A stretch of DNA of 61,238 nucleotides, counting the filler, from Circinaria calcarea (Eukaryota): the NCBI GenBank assembly GCA_051942165.1. It is 5 parts of 5 records of this genome, joined end to end, with 100 filler letters (N's around TTAATTAATTAA, not from the genome) between each part and the next. Parts side by side here need not be neighbours in the genome. Positions count along the whole stretch, not along the records: positions 36,815 to 48,977 come from JAVECS010000604.1; positions 49,078 to 61,238 come from JAVECS010000605.1; 3 more parts are not named here. One strand, given 5' to 3'. This document shows, piece after piece, positions 38,978 through 49,574 of the stretch; positions within the stretch are counted from its first letter, which is position 1, and every line of letters begins with the position of its first letter. Below the pieces are notes generated by a model, which saw only the letters and a program-made list of their open reading frames with translations, had not been told where the DNA came from and did no database searches. Position numbers and translations under genes: made by a program.

Positions 38978-39713
38978 ATGGAACATGAAGTGCAGAGATC
39001 AATTATCAGCACATATTTGTAAGCTCTAATGGCCATTAATCTCAAGTAGTATTAACATAATTCAAGACAGAAGACTTGGGGTCACAGTAGATCCATCGCA
39101 AGTGCGGCTTAAGACAAGCCCTGATGACCCTTATCTATGGGAAAGAATGAAGGAGAAAGAGCATCTATTTCAAAAAAACTTAAGCGATCTTTCGATCAGT
39201 CAGCTCAAGGAATTGCATGATGGTGTTGATAAATCATTTATGGCCATTTGGAAACCCTCCGAGAGGAGTGAACGACAGATAGAAAAGCCACAAGAAGATG
39301 TATATGCACTCTAATGCAAGTTAAACAGAAGTATCGCTGACGCTTTTTAGTATCTAGATTACCCAGAACCAGAAGTCAGCTTCGCTGCAAAGATTGATGC
39401 ATTACACCAAGAAAATATGCAATTATCATTTGAGCTTGCCAAGTGGAAGGATGAAGCGACTAAAGAAACAAAATTGAGACAGGCAGATCAAGATGAAATC
39501 ATACGACTGCAAATCATACTCTCAGAGGTGCAGATGGATAATCAAAGTCTCGGTGAATACCTCAAGCAGTGGAAATCAGTTGCAGAAGAATCTAAACGGT
39601 CCGTTACCAAATACTGCGGGAAACTGAACAGCATTTTCATAGCGATGGAAGAAATGAGATCGGAACTCCCTTGCACATGCGCCGAACATCAGGACATGTG
39701 CGAGAGAAAATAG
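38978..39713 (+). CDS. Hypothetical protein with conserved-looking N-terminal domain and C-terminal coiled coil, 3 exons
   Basis: Exons 38978-39018, 39071-39299 and 39351-39713 splice in frame with canonical GT-AG sites: LGVTVDPSQVRLKTSPDDPYLWE...LFQKNLSDLS..., then heptad-rich LHQENMQLSFEL...LSEVQMDNQSL. Confidence 0.7.
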
Positions 39714-40132
39714 TTATTCTATGCAGAACTCGAGATAGTAATCTATTCGTCTATGAGGTAAGTAGTCTTGAGGAAAACTGGGTCGATTAGTGGTGGTCTA
39801 GTGCGAAATCAAGTTGTGATTAGAAAATCTTATGTACCCTCAATTTATAAGTACGAATGATGCTATCATCGGATCGAAAATCCATAAAGAAATGGCAACT
39901 TTAAAAGGGTACCTACTTTGTCTGCAGCTTGTGTGTTAGGAGCGTAAGTGGGGTTTGATGGGTGCGGGGAGTATGACAAGGTTGATTTGCGGATTTCGCT
40001 CAATTTGAACCCTGGCTGGGAAACGTCCTCGTCATTCTCTGAGAGTGTCCTTCGGGGAATCTTCGTGGACTCGGAGGGAAGCCTTGAGGAGTGCCAACGT
40101 TTCGCAGAGCGGATTGGGATATTACCATATCT

Positions 40133-40396
40133 ATGTCGCATAATGGGGAAGGCATCGATGTGGTGCATCCCCAAACTGTGCTTGGACGACTGACTGGGTC
40201 GGACAAGGTCGAATACATCGTTGAGTGCGAAGAGAATGTTCACGGCGAATTCCTAAGCTTGGTCAGGGTTAAGGATAACGACGTTATCGCGGTAAGAGGA
40301 TGTCTCACTAAGGATGAGGCCGTTGTGAAAGCTGCGCATGCTGCAGTGAAACTGATTTCATGTACGACATCAGAAGAGGATTCTTCAGAAGCCTAA
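40133..40396 (+). CDS. Small stand-alone dsRNA-binding-domain (dsRBD)-like protein
   Basis: PQTVLGRL....VEYIVECEENVHGEFLSLVRV.......RGCLTKDEAVVKAAHAAVKLI follows the dsRBD pattern by eye. A possible upstream exon 39892-39908 is phase-compatible with an acceptor at 40107. Confidence 0.5.
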   Translation: MSHNGEGIDVVHPQTVLGRLTGSDKVEYIVECEENVHGEFLSLVRVKDNDVIAVRGCLTKDEAVVKAAHAAVKLISCTTSEEDSSEA

Positions 40397-40757
40397 CCAT
40401 TACAAGAACCATGATTTAGTGGTACACCGTGTGGCGCACTCTGCGTGATCTGGGACGGATAAATCGTAATTGGCGTCGAAACATTAATGCCACGAAATAT
40501 TATTATTCCGAAACTACGTGTTCAAAGCATGCGAACTCTGGCAATGTTCTTTTATCTCGCGATATAACACCTCTCTTGTATTGTCCTCTAAATCTGATGA
40601 CCCAATCACACTGTTGCCAATAGCAAAGTTTCGCTGATTTTTTCTGACAACCAAACCCAGCCTGCCCGCCGAAGCGACGACAGCCACCCAGGAACAGAAC
40701 GTCTGACAATCCACTCACTCCTCGACGCCAGCTCTGAATTTATGAAGACGAGGTTGA

Positions 40758-40994
40758 TCAGACTTTGTGAAGAGATGTGTCTGAATATAACGGAGGAGCG
40801 CCTTCATTTGTTGGCAGTAGCGGAATAGGTACATTCATAGCGAAAGGTGGTTGTTCACAAGACTCAGAAACGGTGCCTCGGTTGTCGAAAATGTGTGGGT
40901 ACTTACGATGGAGCCATCTGCTCACCGAATTCTTCAGTGGCTGCGGTGGTCGTTCGTTGTAAGGCTTCGATCGAAAAATGATTATAAGGCACAT
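40758..40994 (-). CDS. Hypothetical 78-aa protein with C-terminal PPxY motif
   Basis: A-rich leader with accATG, TATA-like element ~100 bp upstream, MCLIII N-terminus, APPLYS near the C-terminus. Confidence 0.45.
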   Translation of the reverse strand: MCLIIIFRSKPYNERPPQPLKNSVSRWLHRKYPHIFDNRGTVSESCEQPPFAMNVPIPLLPTNEGAPPLYSDTSLHKV

Positions 40995-41111
40995 GGTTCT
41001 TGTGTGAGCTCTGCTTTTTTGTGTTTTGAATGATGAATTTAATAGTGTTTTTAATTTAGTGCGAGTAGGTTTGTCTTTTTGTATGAAGCCTCTACTTATA
41101 GAGCTTTAGTT

Positions 41112-41206
41112 ATGGGCTTCAGTCATGGGCTTCAGTCATGGGCTCCAGTTATGGATGCCATGCTATTTCTGGATGCTGCCAATTGTGGATGCTGCCAATT
41201 GTGGAT
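41112..41206 (+). repeat. Compound short tandem repeats (13 bp x3 and 16 bp x2)
   Basis: atgggcttcagtc at 41112, 41125 and 41138 (variant); tggatgctgccaattg at 41170 and 41186. Confidence 0.8.
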
Positions 41207-43799
41207 ACCGCGCCAGTTGATTCAGCAACATTACGTTTTCTTAAGAACACAGAGCTGAACCGGCAAGATCTAGAAACTGCTAAACCAGAAAAGACATCAA
41301 CCAATAGCAGACTTACGATACCCATATGACGCTATCGAAGGGCGAACGGCTTCGCCGGGAGATGTTGCGGAGGCAATACTCTGCATGTAAAACCAATCCT
41401 TATTATCAAAGAGAAAGTAGCTAACTTACTTTACAGCCCGCCTTGTCCCGATGAGAATGAAGAGCCATACCAATGGTAGACCATTAAGCGACTTCTTTAT
41501 AGCTTAGGCTTATCGAAAGCTCGCAGCTTTTTGGAATTATGGGGTTGCAACGAAAACGAAGTCCATAAGCGTGTGAAGGAAATGCGGCTTCAACAGAGTA
41601 ACATCATTATAGAAAGTTGTCAAAACATTGCTATGGCTTCATGGGAACGGTATTCTAGGGAAGACTCAAGGTATTACTTATTCCCAGCCTCATTCGTAAT
41701 CGATTAACTGGTGAACATTCTAATTCTGTTACAAGAACCTTGACCGCTCCTATCACGTCCACCTATACCGAACGTAAAGGAGTGCGGAAACACCGTAAAA
41801 ACCTACATAGCTCTTCAAAGACATCCAATTCCTCCAGGTAGAAACCGGCGGATTCAGCGTCGAGTATCGCGCAATTGCTTACGTGTCTTGTCCGACGGAC
41901 GAGAGATTTGAGGCTCCTCTAGGCCCTGAAACATCATCAATATGGATTTCAGCCGTCGTCCCAGTGGAGCTTGTTTCTTTTCCTTCCCGCTCCTAGTCCC
42001 ACCCTTTGCTATGGTTTACATTCGATTTCTCTGCTTTATGGCCTTTTGGCGCTCCCGGATGCTGGGTGGCTGCCCTGATATTAGAGGGTATGAACATATA
42101 AATATGAACTAAAGCTACCGATGGGCCTTACTACTGTAGTAGGAGAATTTCATATTCAAGAAAAGGAGGACTCTGGCAAATTAGGCTTGGCAATGAGAAT
42201 GTGGTTCATATTCAGTAGTACTGCGGGAACCGATGGGGCCCTGAATCTTACATTAGGACAAAACTAAATTTATTAAATTTCGAGAACGAAAACGCGATTA
42301 CCATGTGCGTACAAAAGCTCCTACATCTATACGAAGCCAATATAATAGGCAAATGGCTGAATGACCTTCTTAGGGCCATCGCTACCCTGGATCAGTACAA
42401 GTTGGGCGAAGACCTCGTCCCTTTTATATTTTGACTCAAGTTTCTTCCGCGGAGTACAGTTTGAGCGTTACTAGGATCTTGGTCAAAAAGAATTTTACGA
42501 GGGATTTTAGCTCTTCGCGCCTCCCATCAAGAAATCCCGCGTGGCAACCCTTGCGGTCTACAACAAGCCTGGCATGGACTTTTACCGTCTCACCTTGCTT
42601 CGCCAACTTGCACAGCAATGAGAAAGCCTGCGATTGTTAGGAACACGGCTGAGACCGACATCAGTGTCGCATCTGGGCACCCTCTCGAGCTAGAAAACCT
42701 CGGTCAACTGAGCAGTACGGGTTACCTTGTTTAATGTATCTCATGGATCTGGTTGTGCGCGAGGCAGATTAGGCAGCCATAGATTTCTGGGGAGGGGCTA
42801 CTGACTTGATTTTTGGAACGCTCACATGGAAAACCTACAAGCTCGACAAGGCTACGAGGATGTATAGGCTCGGAGTGAAGCAGCTGAAGGAGTGATGGTT
42901 GCTTATCCCTGTTATTCTGAGCGACATGACGCGCCGCAAAAATGCCTTTAGGGTTGCAGCTTGTCAGTTCAGCTTGCAGTTTTCGATGGTTGGAATGATG
43001 AGAGGACGGTAAGCCATCTATCCCATCTATAGGCTGAAGGTGAGGAAACAGAACAGGGATAGTTCATTAGACAGAGCAGAAATGAATCTGAAAGCTGCTA
43101 CTTGAAGTGACTCTTGACGAGTTAATAATGCATTTTGGAAGATGGCGGATGTCTGGGAAAGTGAAACAGGGAAATGAGTAAGTCTTAATGGGGGTCAAGA
43201 GGCACAATTTTCGATGATCACCGGATCGAACAAGCATGCAAGATGTGCCTTGTGAGCGTAATCACTGTGACTACCACCGCTGTCTTGAGGCAAAGCAGTT
43301 GATGCGTTACACAGCTAGAGAGGCACACATCTGGGAAGCCTATTTCAGATTTCAGTCTGTTAGTAGTCAACAGAATAAAGCTAAGATAGGCAAAGAAGCC
43401 GAACTGGCGTTATGCACATACTACTTATATAATCTCGCAAGTCTGTTTTACCTCTCCTCATCTTATTCGGTATTCTTATACCATGTGACTTTGGTAGGGC
43501 AAACTATAGTCGATCACACTTCTCCCTGGCATCTTTCTAGACATAGAGTAACAAGAAGTCAAAGTGTAAGACAGGTGTGTTTCACTTCGGAAATCCTTCC
43601 CTTCCAATTGTCCCCCCCTTGCCATGGATGATCGCTGAATCTGGGATAAACGGCTAGGCGTCCGCCTTGTACCTCTTATATAGCCCGCTTTCGCCTTTGC
43701 TGGAAACAGTAATGATCCAAACTTCGTTTTACGTTTTTCAGTATTGTTCCTAACTAGCTTCAATGATGTCAACTTTAAATCCCCCTCTTTACGCTATTG

Positions 43800-44991
43800 G
43801 ACAAGACCCGCGCCTAGAAAAGATACTCGAGAGGGCGAAATCTATCGAGTAGAAGATACGAGGATGCGGAACAGCTGTGCCGTCAAGCGGCTCTAATTGG
43901 CGAGAAATTGCAAGGTGAAGAAAATCCCGAGGTCTTTTCAAATCTGCATGAGGTTGCGTTTCTCCTGGAGGAACGAGACTAACACTGAGAAGCCGACATA
44001 TTGAATCAACGTGTCTTAAAATCTCGTGAAAAAAATACTAGGCCATTTGCATCTAGATTTCATTCAGAGTGTGAACAATCTGGCGTGGCCTATTCAAGAT
44101 CATGGCAATGCAAGACTTGAAGAAGCGGAAGTGTTGCATAGACATGCGTATACTGGATATAAGCAAGTGTTGGGACCTGAAAGTGAGAAAGCACTAGATT
44201 CTTTAAGGTATTAAGAGACATACTAGATCTTCAGCACAAATACGATGAATCAGTAGATATAGACAGGCTTTTAATCGGCATCAAGGAAAAGGCGTTGGGT
44301 CCTGAGCATCTAGAGGTACTTGAAGCCTATCTTGACTTAGCTTGTAATTTCGAGTCGGCAAGGCAGGTATCAAGAGTCCGAGGAGATATAGCGAAGAGTA
44401 GTCTTCGAGCAAGACAGGATCTTAGGGAAGTTACATCTGGACATCCTGTGGAGTGTACAGAGTTTGGCCAGGGTGATTCGTTACCAGGGCTCCGAGAGGT
44501 ATGAGGAAGTCGAGAAGCTCTACCGGCGTGCATTAGAGGGATATGAGCAGACTCTTGGCCCCAAGAGCGAAGACGCCTTAGAGAACCTTGAGGATCTGAT
44601 AAGTCTCATAGAAGAAGTTCAAAATAGGCCCCACGAAGTATCAGAATTGAGAGAGCGCCTTGAGAGATTACAATCAGAAGCAGACAGTTTTGACGAGAAC
44701 CTGGGTGAGACTCATGAAGAATCTTTAAGCAAGTCGTCACTAGTGACTTCCGACAACGCAGATCCTGCGACAACTCTCCCAAGCTTAGATGATAGATGCA
44801 CCAGCAGCACACCAAAAGGTGCACAAGTCCCCACAACAGTCGTTCCTCGGTCGGGTAGTGATCATGACCTCTCTGTCCTAGTCCCTTTAAGGGGCGATGA
44901 TGCTCTACCCTCATCCCTCTCTGAACCAGTTCGGATGCCAGAGCAACTGAAGCAAGTCGAAACAGAATTCGGAATCCAACAAGAAGAGTAA
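43800..44991 (+). pseudogene. Decayed TPR-repeat gene (kinesin-light-chain-like repeats typical of fungal NLR C-termini)
   Basis: Repeated units such as EKILGHLHLDFIQSVNNLA, EEAEVLHRHAYTGYKQVLGPE, EKALGPEHLEVL and YEEVEKLYRRALEGYEQTLGPK, broken by stops and frameshifts; 5' boundary approximate. Confidence 0.75.
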
Positions 44992-46182
44992 CGGACAGTA
45001 AAACCTCCATTTGGCTAAGCAAGATCACGAGAATTCTTAGCTACTTTCTCAGCCATTCCTCCGAATCTCTATGGGGAACTTGTTGAAATGTGTGAAACGG
45101 CTGTGGAATTGCTGTGTGGGAGGCTCGCTACTTATACATGAATGACACTACGCTAGGCCTAATACGGTCCATAGGGCGACTTCCAACAGAACTTAGCATA
45201 TCAGATTCTTTAGCTACTTCAGCGACTAAAATTGTTCCAGAGCAGGTCAAAGGCCATAGCAGTTGGTTTTTGAGGAGAATTGTTATATGCGTTGAGGGAT
45301 GTTAATCTTTCATTGAATTTCCAGGCACGGTTTATCATGGCGCTTCCCAACCAAAGGGATCAACTATCACGAGTTCATCTTTCAAAACAGAGCACATTGT
45401 ACGTTTATAACGCCGAGTGGGTCATACCAGCCAGGCAATCCTTATACAACCAACCAATCCTCCATCCAGGATTCGGCTGGTGCCTGCTCCCCAATTCACT
45501 TACATTTCCAAATATACATAAAAGAAGGCACCATCCAACCACTATTTACAACTCCCAACATCGTTTTTCTCCTCCACCGCCTCCCACGTACACGACTTCG
45601 CCTCCACAATTGGATTCACCCAATTCTCTTGCTGCCGGAACATGGTAACATTCACATGTGGCGGCAAATGAGTATGGAGTACCAAGATGTCACCTTTACA
45701 ACTACACAGACATTTCTCTCTCCTTTGAGAAAGCCAAGGACCTCTTCGTGAAAGATCACAGCGAAAGAATAAGATTTGCAGTTTTGGATATTGAAGTTGA
45801 CCCCACCAAGGATGCCATCTACATCCACCTAGGGCTCCGTGTGAGGGACCCTCAGTATTTCACAAAGTTGAAGCCGAAGGTAGAAAGAGACTTGGAATGA
45901 TAGCATAATAGTTACTGTGAACTGGTCGAGTTTGATTTAATGCAACGTTCTTAAATAATAGCACACGAAAATTCTCTCCCCAACTTTGATGCTGCAATAA
46001 CAGGTATCCAGCTCCTGTTCACACGAATGGCATCGTCATCGAGCATCAAGCGGCGCTGATGACAGACTGGACTATAGCACAACGTAACTACTTCACGACT
46101 AGACCTTCTGAATACCGGTGGCTAAGGGCGAGTCGGTCCAGCGCAAGCACGCTGGTAAAAATGATGGACGAGAGACCGTGTA

Positions 46183-47951
46183 CCAGAGATCCCTAAGCTA
46201 TGCCGCATCCGGTTAGATGCCGCAGCATTGCCCCCCCCCCCCAATTTTCAACAATTGATTACTACAGAACAACGAGAGCAATTGGCGCAGTAAAAATTAG
46301 ATATGTTATAAATTAAATAGATGCGAATGAAAATTGATCATTAATAAATTAATCATCTAAATGCTTAGGCCTATGAACAAGCCTTCCATGTGACGTAACT
46401 TTAACCTCCTTTTCAACCTCCTCCTCTACTATAGCAGCTATTGGCCTTTGGACCTTCTGCTTTCCAGTCTTCCTAGCATCAGAAGGTTCCTTACTATCCC
46501 TCCGTAGCGTCAATTGTTCCTCCTTCTCTTGTTTAGCAGTTTCTTTTAGCTCTTTCTGAACCTGCCTTTCTGCGGCCTTCGTAGCCTTCACTTCCTCCGC
46601 AATTCGTCGTCTCTCAGCCAGAGCTGCTGCCTTCTTTTTTTTGTCTTCCTCTTTCTGCTTCCTCTTAGCAACAGCCTGAGCCTTCCTGTCCTCAATTACT
46701 TGCCTTTTAGCCAATTCATCCTCCTCTTTAACCGCCTGATGCTTTCTAGCAGCCTGCGCGCTGCCAGGCAGGCCAAAAAACACTCCAGAAAGCACGTTTA
46801 GACATGCTTACCATATCTAAACTATTAGACAATAACTGATTCAACCCTTATATATAGTAGTTCGCTAGCGGAGCAAAAAGAGAAACATCAAGAGGCTGTA
46901 AACGATGTATAGTATGCGGCGGTAAAATAAGCAATAGAATATGAAATGAATCGCATATATCGATGAATTTCATATTTATATGACTGGAATGACCGTTTAC
47001 TAATAGTAGACGTCTTCTATTACCTGCTTTTGACGCCGTACAACGCTGGAATACCGTCTCTAGCCACTTTAGGCCAATTTCATCAGAACTCCAGCCTTTG
47101 GCGAAATAAGCCTCTTGATCCGGTGTCGAATCCTCCACCCAAGTATCCTGAAGTGTGCCATAATCGCCCTGATATATGAGAGCTGGTGGTAATGCGATTC
47201 CGGTAGCGCTGATATAGGCTAGTAGAGTAATAAACTCTCTACTGCCATCTTGACTTGCATGCGTAATCCGGCCAGAAGTGAGAGCTTCTAGCGTCATAAT
47301 ACGCTGTGTTGCATTTGTTATACCAATTAAGAAGCCTTTTTCATCCCAATTGTACGTGTTATCGGCCGTAATATGGTATTTCTCGTAGGCATTGAGTAAT
47401 TAAGGAAAAAATTAGTATTATAACTATTATACAGCCAATTGAGGCTTACCAAGTCGTAGAACTGCTTGAATATAGGCGCATATTCGGATTGTACACGCAG
47501 TTTATCGATATTGCGTAGGTATAGGCTTGTAAGCCTCTCTTTATGCCTCCGTACAAAACCCCCTGTCCAGTTCTTTCCAACAGGGCCGTTCAGCACTTCC
47601 TCCGCAAGATTCCGTACACTCCTGCTAGTTGGAGGTATTCCTCGGTCGGTTAGGCGATTGATTTGGCCTATCAATGCCTCTTCTTGACTGTTGGTAAGTC
47701 GTTGAATGTATTCCGAGGCGGCGTCTTGGCGAGACATGGTTTGACCCTTCCAGCGTCTTCTTAGGGTGCTTTCGACCAGGCCATATTTTCTGGCGGTAGC
47801 CCGTATATTCGGGTGTGATTGGGCGTTTAGATCTGCAAGAGCTGAATCAATTGAGGCCATATTGGTGGAGTAATGATTTTTTGAAATGGTGGTTGGAATG
47901 CGGGGAAAATGCGGCATCGGGCCGGATGCGGCATAGCTTAGGGATCTCTGG
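46183..47951 (-). mobile_element. pogo/Fot1-family (Tc1/mariner) DNA transposon, degenerate
   Basis: TIRs ccagagatccctaagctatgccgcatccgg (30 bp perfect, ~42 bp imperfect) at both ends; TA duplication at 46181-46182 and 47952-47953; 1769 bp. Confidence 0.95.
46349..47860 (-). pseudogene. Inactivated pogo/Fot1 transposase (HTH-psq/CENP-B HTH plus DDE_1)
   Basis: IRATARKYGLVESTLRRR; NTYNWDEKGF; RRLLLVNGHSSH; LPPHTIHRLQPLDVSLFAPL. The intron acceptor reads TAA (47402-47400), there is a premature TAA at 46850-46848, and an apparent internal deletion near 46795. Confidence 0.9.
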
Positions 47952-48032
47952 TAGTTACTGGATAGCTGTCAGATATTGAATCACTTCTTAGACGTGAACA
48001 GTTTACTTGCCTCATCAGTCAAGCCGTCCTGG

Positions 48033-48341
48033 TCACAATTGACTGCAATGACCATCCTTGCATCCTTCACATAAATCATTCTGATGAGGACCTTTACTTT
48101 GACCTGAGTAATTCGGCCTGTCCATTTCTATTCCACACCACTTTTTGATACGGAATGCCACTCTTTCTGCATATGAACCACCTAAACGCGGTTTACTGAG
48201 ACTATTGCACCCCTTACAGCGTTGATGATATACCCTTGCATTATATTGTGCTCCAGGATACATCCGTATGGTGATAGCGATCTTCTTGCTCGACCATCCG
48301 CTAGAACCACATGCGCGGCTGCGGCATGTGAATCGACCCAT
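48033..48341 (-). CDS. zf-3CxxC zinc-binding domain protein, probably 5'-truncated
   Basis: GRFTC...C...GWSSKKIAITIR...YNARVYHQRCKGC...SYAERVA...GPH...LCEGCKDGHC. Confidence 0.8.
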   Translation of the reverse strand: MGRFTCRSRACGSSGWSSKKIAITIRMYPGAQYNARVYHQRCKGCNSLSKPRLGGSYAERVAFRIKKWCGIEMDRPNYSGQSKGPHQNDLCEGCKDGHCSQL

Positions 48342-48977
48342 TAATATCGCGCCTTGTAAATGCTAGGATTCGTGCATTGTTTCTAAGTAACTACTACAGC
48401 TAAGCTGCCTTCTTTCCTTGCTTTTTGGCCAGTAATTCCACTGACTCTGCTACAGGTGTAGCCTTGCGACGTTTACCTGACGGCTTCAACGACGCCCATG
48501 CTGCCTCTGCTTCCTCTGCCGCCTTCCGCTTTGGTCGAGTTGATGCCTCTGGCTCCTCTCTTTCTTCCACCCTGCTTCCTTGCCTGCCTGTCTGCCCGGT
48601 TGCCTCGCTCGCCTGCCCGACTGCCTCCTCGCCCGCTCTTTCTGCCGCTTGCCCCTGTGCCCGTGCTCGATCTGCCAAAGCAACGAAACGCTTCCTGATT
48701 GCGACGACTCTGTCTGGAAGAGGAGGAGGAGGAGGAAATATAATCTTGAGCTGTTCGGCAGTCAAGCGATGTCTGTTCTTATTGGCAAGGGCAAGCATGT
48801 AAAAAGAAGGATTATGAGGGAAAGGTGGCGGGTGGAGCGGAGGAATAAAGTAAAAGATTGTGCGAAAGCTTATGAAAAAGGCGAGAAAGACATCCCACTA
48901 GTAAATATGGTAGGTAAAGCGTCAACACTTTCTTATTTATAAGTCATCTACTAACTATTATAGGGTAACTATAGATT

Positions 48978-49077
48978 NNNNNNNNNNNNNNNNNNNNNNN
49001 NNNNNNNNNNNNNNNNNNNNNTTAATTAATTAANNNNNNNNNNNNNNNNNNNNNNNNNNNNNNNNNNNNNNNNNNNN
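48978..49077. other. Artificial contig linker
   Basis: N44-TTAATTAATTAA-N44. Confidence 0.97.
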
Positions 49078-49574
49078 GATGGTGGAGCACAAATCGTGAT
49101 GAATCCTAGATTCTTGAGTTGTGCAACGATTGAACGGCAGAAGCCAGCAAGCCGGAGGTTTCCGTCGCTATCCGAAGCACTGTTCTCGCACTGGTGTTGA
49201 TGTTGTACTTCCAGATCACGTTGTGTGTATAATACTACACCCTCAATATAGGAAGCAAGAGAATTTGAGGTCACAAAGGCTAGAAATCTTTCGATATCCG
49301 TAGAACTAGGTAGTGGATGAAAAGATGGCCCTTGCGATTGGATTCTCTTGAACGATAGACTTTTGAGAGGAATCCGGGAGAATCGAAAAAGGTGTGAAAG
49401 CGTCAGAGCCCGTAAGAAAGGAGAGGTTAACGAGAGGTCTTTGAGTGATCTGTTCTCTGAAGTAGTCATCAGAATTGATGGCTCTCGTCTGAGGACTTTC
49501 ATCGAGGGGGGCCCGTCATCGAGCTGTGAGAAAACCTGGCAAAGGATCTCATTTGGTAGATCCTGTAGGCCCAT
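49078..49574 (-). CDS. F-box domain protein (3'-truncated)
   Basis: MGLQDLPNEILCQVFSQL...LKDLSLTS..LR.L....LF, a fungal F-box pattern; runs into the linker. Confidence 0.75.

Noticed and set aside
38711..41206. Short repeats as a CRISPR-like array
   Set aside because: The repeats are directly tandem with no unique spacers, there are no cas genes, and the DNA is eukaryotic.
41342..41357. GC-rich hairpin ggcgaa-cggc-ttcgcc as a Helitron 3' end
   Set aside because: No CTRR terminus at the expected distance on either strand and no Rep/helicase remnant.
45338..45900. Possible small gene or pseudogene (MALPNQ...; ...IRFAVLDIEVDP...)
   Set aside because: Interrupted by an in-frame stop, with no recognisable family or firm splice model.
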